Origin: Rhizophagus irregularis
Taxonomy: Eukaryota
Assembly: GCF_026210795.1 (NCBI RefSeq)
Contig: NC_089432.1
Coordinates: forward strand, 2,480,001 to 2,544,000
DNA length: 64,000 nucleotides
Reading direction: 5' to 3'
Of this stretch, positions 62,848 to 64,000 are shown in pieces. The notes below the pieces were generated by a model. The model was not told where the DNA came from, ran no database searches, and saw only the letters and a list, made by a program, of their open reading frames with translations. Within the stretch, counting starts at the first letter, position 1. Each line of letters starts with the position of its first letter. Both the position numbers and the translations under genes were made by a program.

Positions 62848-64000
62848 ATGAACAATATGGCGACGCCAACGCCCCCTATCTCACAACGTACTCGTTCAGG
62901 AACGGCCAAAAACTTGGTCCAAGATAAAAATGACGGTGACCATGAAGTTTTTTCAAAAAAAAAGGAACCTGACAATATTGTTACTCCTCTGCAGACTAAT
63001 ATAAATGAACCGCTAGAACCTAAAGAGGCTTCTAGCAGACGCGAACTTCGTAAAAAGAAACAACAAGTTAGTTTTAATACCAACAAACAAGTTTTACAAA
63101 ATACGTCTTCGCCAGTATTCTTGGTCTCTTCGCCCGAAAAAGTCAGTACAAACACAGTGGGCCAATCAACGGACCAAAATCTAGACGTAAACAATGATGC
63201 ATCTAACAAACAAACATCTAGTTCTGCTATTGGTCAAACTTCTGTCGATCATAACAACATCACATCAAATGACCAAATCGTAAATGATCAGCAAGTTATC
63301 TTACCCGATATAGAAATGATCATGGATGAGCAAGAGGACGACACTAATCAATTCCATAAATTAGAAAATAGTAAAATCATTGCCATACTTAAAGTGCCAA
63401 TCAACAACCCTGATAATATTGATGAATATAAAAAATTTATGAAGATCGTACAAAATAGTATTCTCGAGGATTCTATGCTTAAACAAGAAGATATTATTAG
63501 TCTTCAAGTTCAAATTATGACACAGAAAGTTCCAGAAGGCACAGTTGCACAAATGAATGATAACCAGAAAAAAGTTAATAAGATTATTACAGGAATTTCT
63601 TTACAAGCAACATTAATCTCTCAACAAACATGGAAAGATTTACAAGAAACGCCTTATCGATGTGATGGTATAGATTATTTTTTTGAAGAGGTTATAACAA
63701 ATCGTACACGACAAAAACAAAATAATGGAAATTCACAAGATAGGGTCGTACAAGTGTTTAATGCGTCACTTCGTTTGACTACTGCTATAATTAAACCCTT
63801 TATGCGTAAATATGGAGAATTAGAAGAAGAGAAATGTTATTCTCGAAGGCCTCATGCACATGCACCAAATCGTCAAGTAGTTTATATTACCTTTAAAGAT
63901 GCTAATAGTGTTCATCGATTTTACGATAATCACGTGCTTTGGATCTATGGCGAAATGTTATATGTTACTCCATTTTTAATGGATAAAAATATTAGAGAGG
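62848..64000 (+). CDS. Long intronless ORF running off the window; probable ORF1 (gag-like, RRM-like) of a non-LTR retrotransposon
   Basis: Open from ATG 62848 to the end (MNNMATPTPPISQRTRSG...); low-complexity N-terminus followed by VQVFNASL...FMRKYGEL...VVYITFKD, an RRM-like pattern; absent from the ORF track because it has no stop. Confidence 0.65.
   Translation, partial: MNNMATPTPPISQRTRSGTAKNLVQDKNDGDHEVFSKKKEPDNIVTPLQTNINEPLEPKEASSRRELRKKKQQVSFNTNKQVLQNTSSPVFLVSSPEKVSTNTVGQSTDQNLDVNNDASNKQTSSSAIGQTSVDHNNITSNDQIVNDQQVILPDIEMIMDEQEDDTNQFHKLENSKIIAILKVPINNPDNIDEYKKFMKIVQNSILEDSMLKQEDIISLQVQIMTQKVPEGTVAQMNDNQKKVNKIITGISLQATLISQQTWKDLQETPYRCDGIDYFFEEVITNRTRQKQNNGNSQDRVVQVFNASLRLTTAIIKPFMRKYGELEEEKCYSRRPHAHAPNRQVVYITFKDANSVHRFYDNHVLWIYGEMLYVTPFLMDKNIRE

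Noticed and set aside
62700..63552. Minus-strand ORFs of 169 aa and 63 aa
   Set aside because: Antisense shadows of the long plus-strand ORF starting at 62848.
1..64000. tRNA or rRNA genes
   Set aside because: No cloverleaf with recognisable A/B boxes and no rRNA-like conserved segment was noticed by eye; a tRNAscan-SE or Infernal run would be needed to exclude them.

Overview
Very AT-rich, intron-containing eukaryotic DNA. The gene families (Sel1/TPR-fused tyrosine-kinase-like kinases, BTB-TLDc, single-exon F-box/LRR-like genes, two-exon P450s, Kelch membrane protein) strongly suggest an arbuscular mycorrhizal fungus (Glomeromycotina, Rhizophagus-like); this is inference, not a database result. 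It is an accessory, high-turnover region. It holds four Sel1-repeat genes (one partial at the left edge, one probable pseudokinase, one frameshifted, one with 12 near-identical repeats N-terminal to the kinase), three paralogous P450s with a non-canonical I-helix (one pseudogene), pseudogenised FAD monooxygenase and BTB-TLDc genes, two F-box genes and a Kelch protein. Mobile DNA includes a complete hAT transposon with an 8-bp TSD inside a tandem array, many MITEs and the start of a LINE-like ORF1 at the right edge. The most striking item is a 2.75-kb element (27162-29914, minus strand). It has a 14-bp target-site duplication, a (TAAAA)n tail, one long basic ORF with no recognisable RT or endonuclease, and a 3' UTR with a predicted pseudoknot showing a compensatory change in a second, diverged, 5'-truncated copy (about 49877-50764) that interrupts a P450. 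This looks like a protein-coding non-autonomous retroelement family carrying a conserved structured RNA. All splice sites and coordinates were read by eye and may be off by a few bases.
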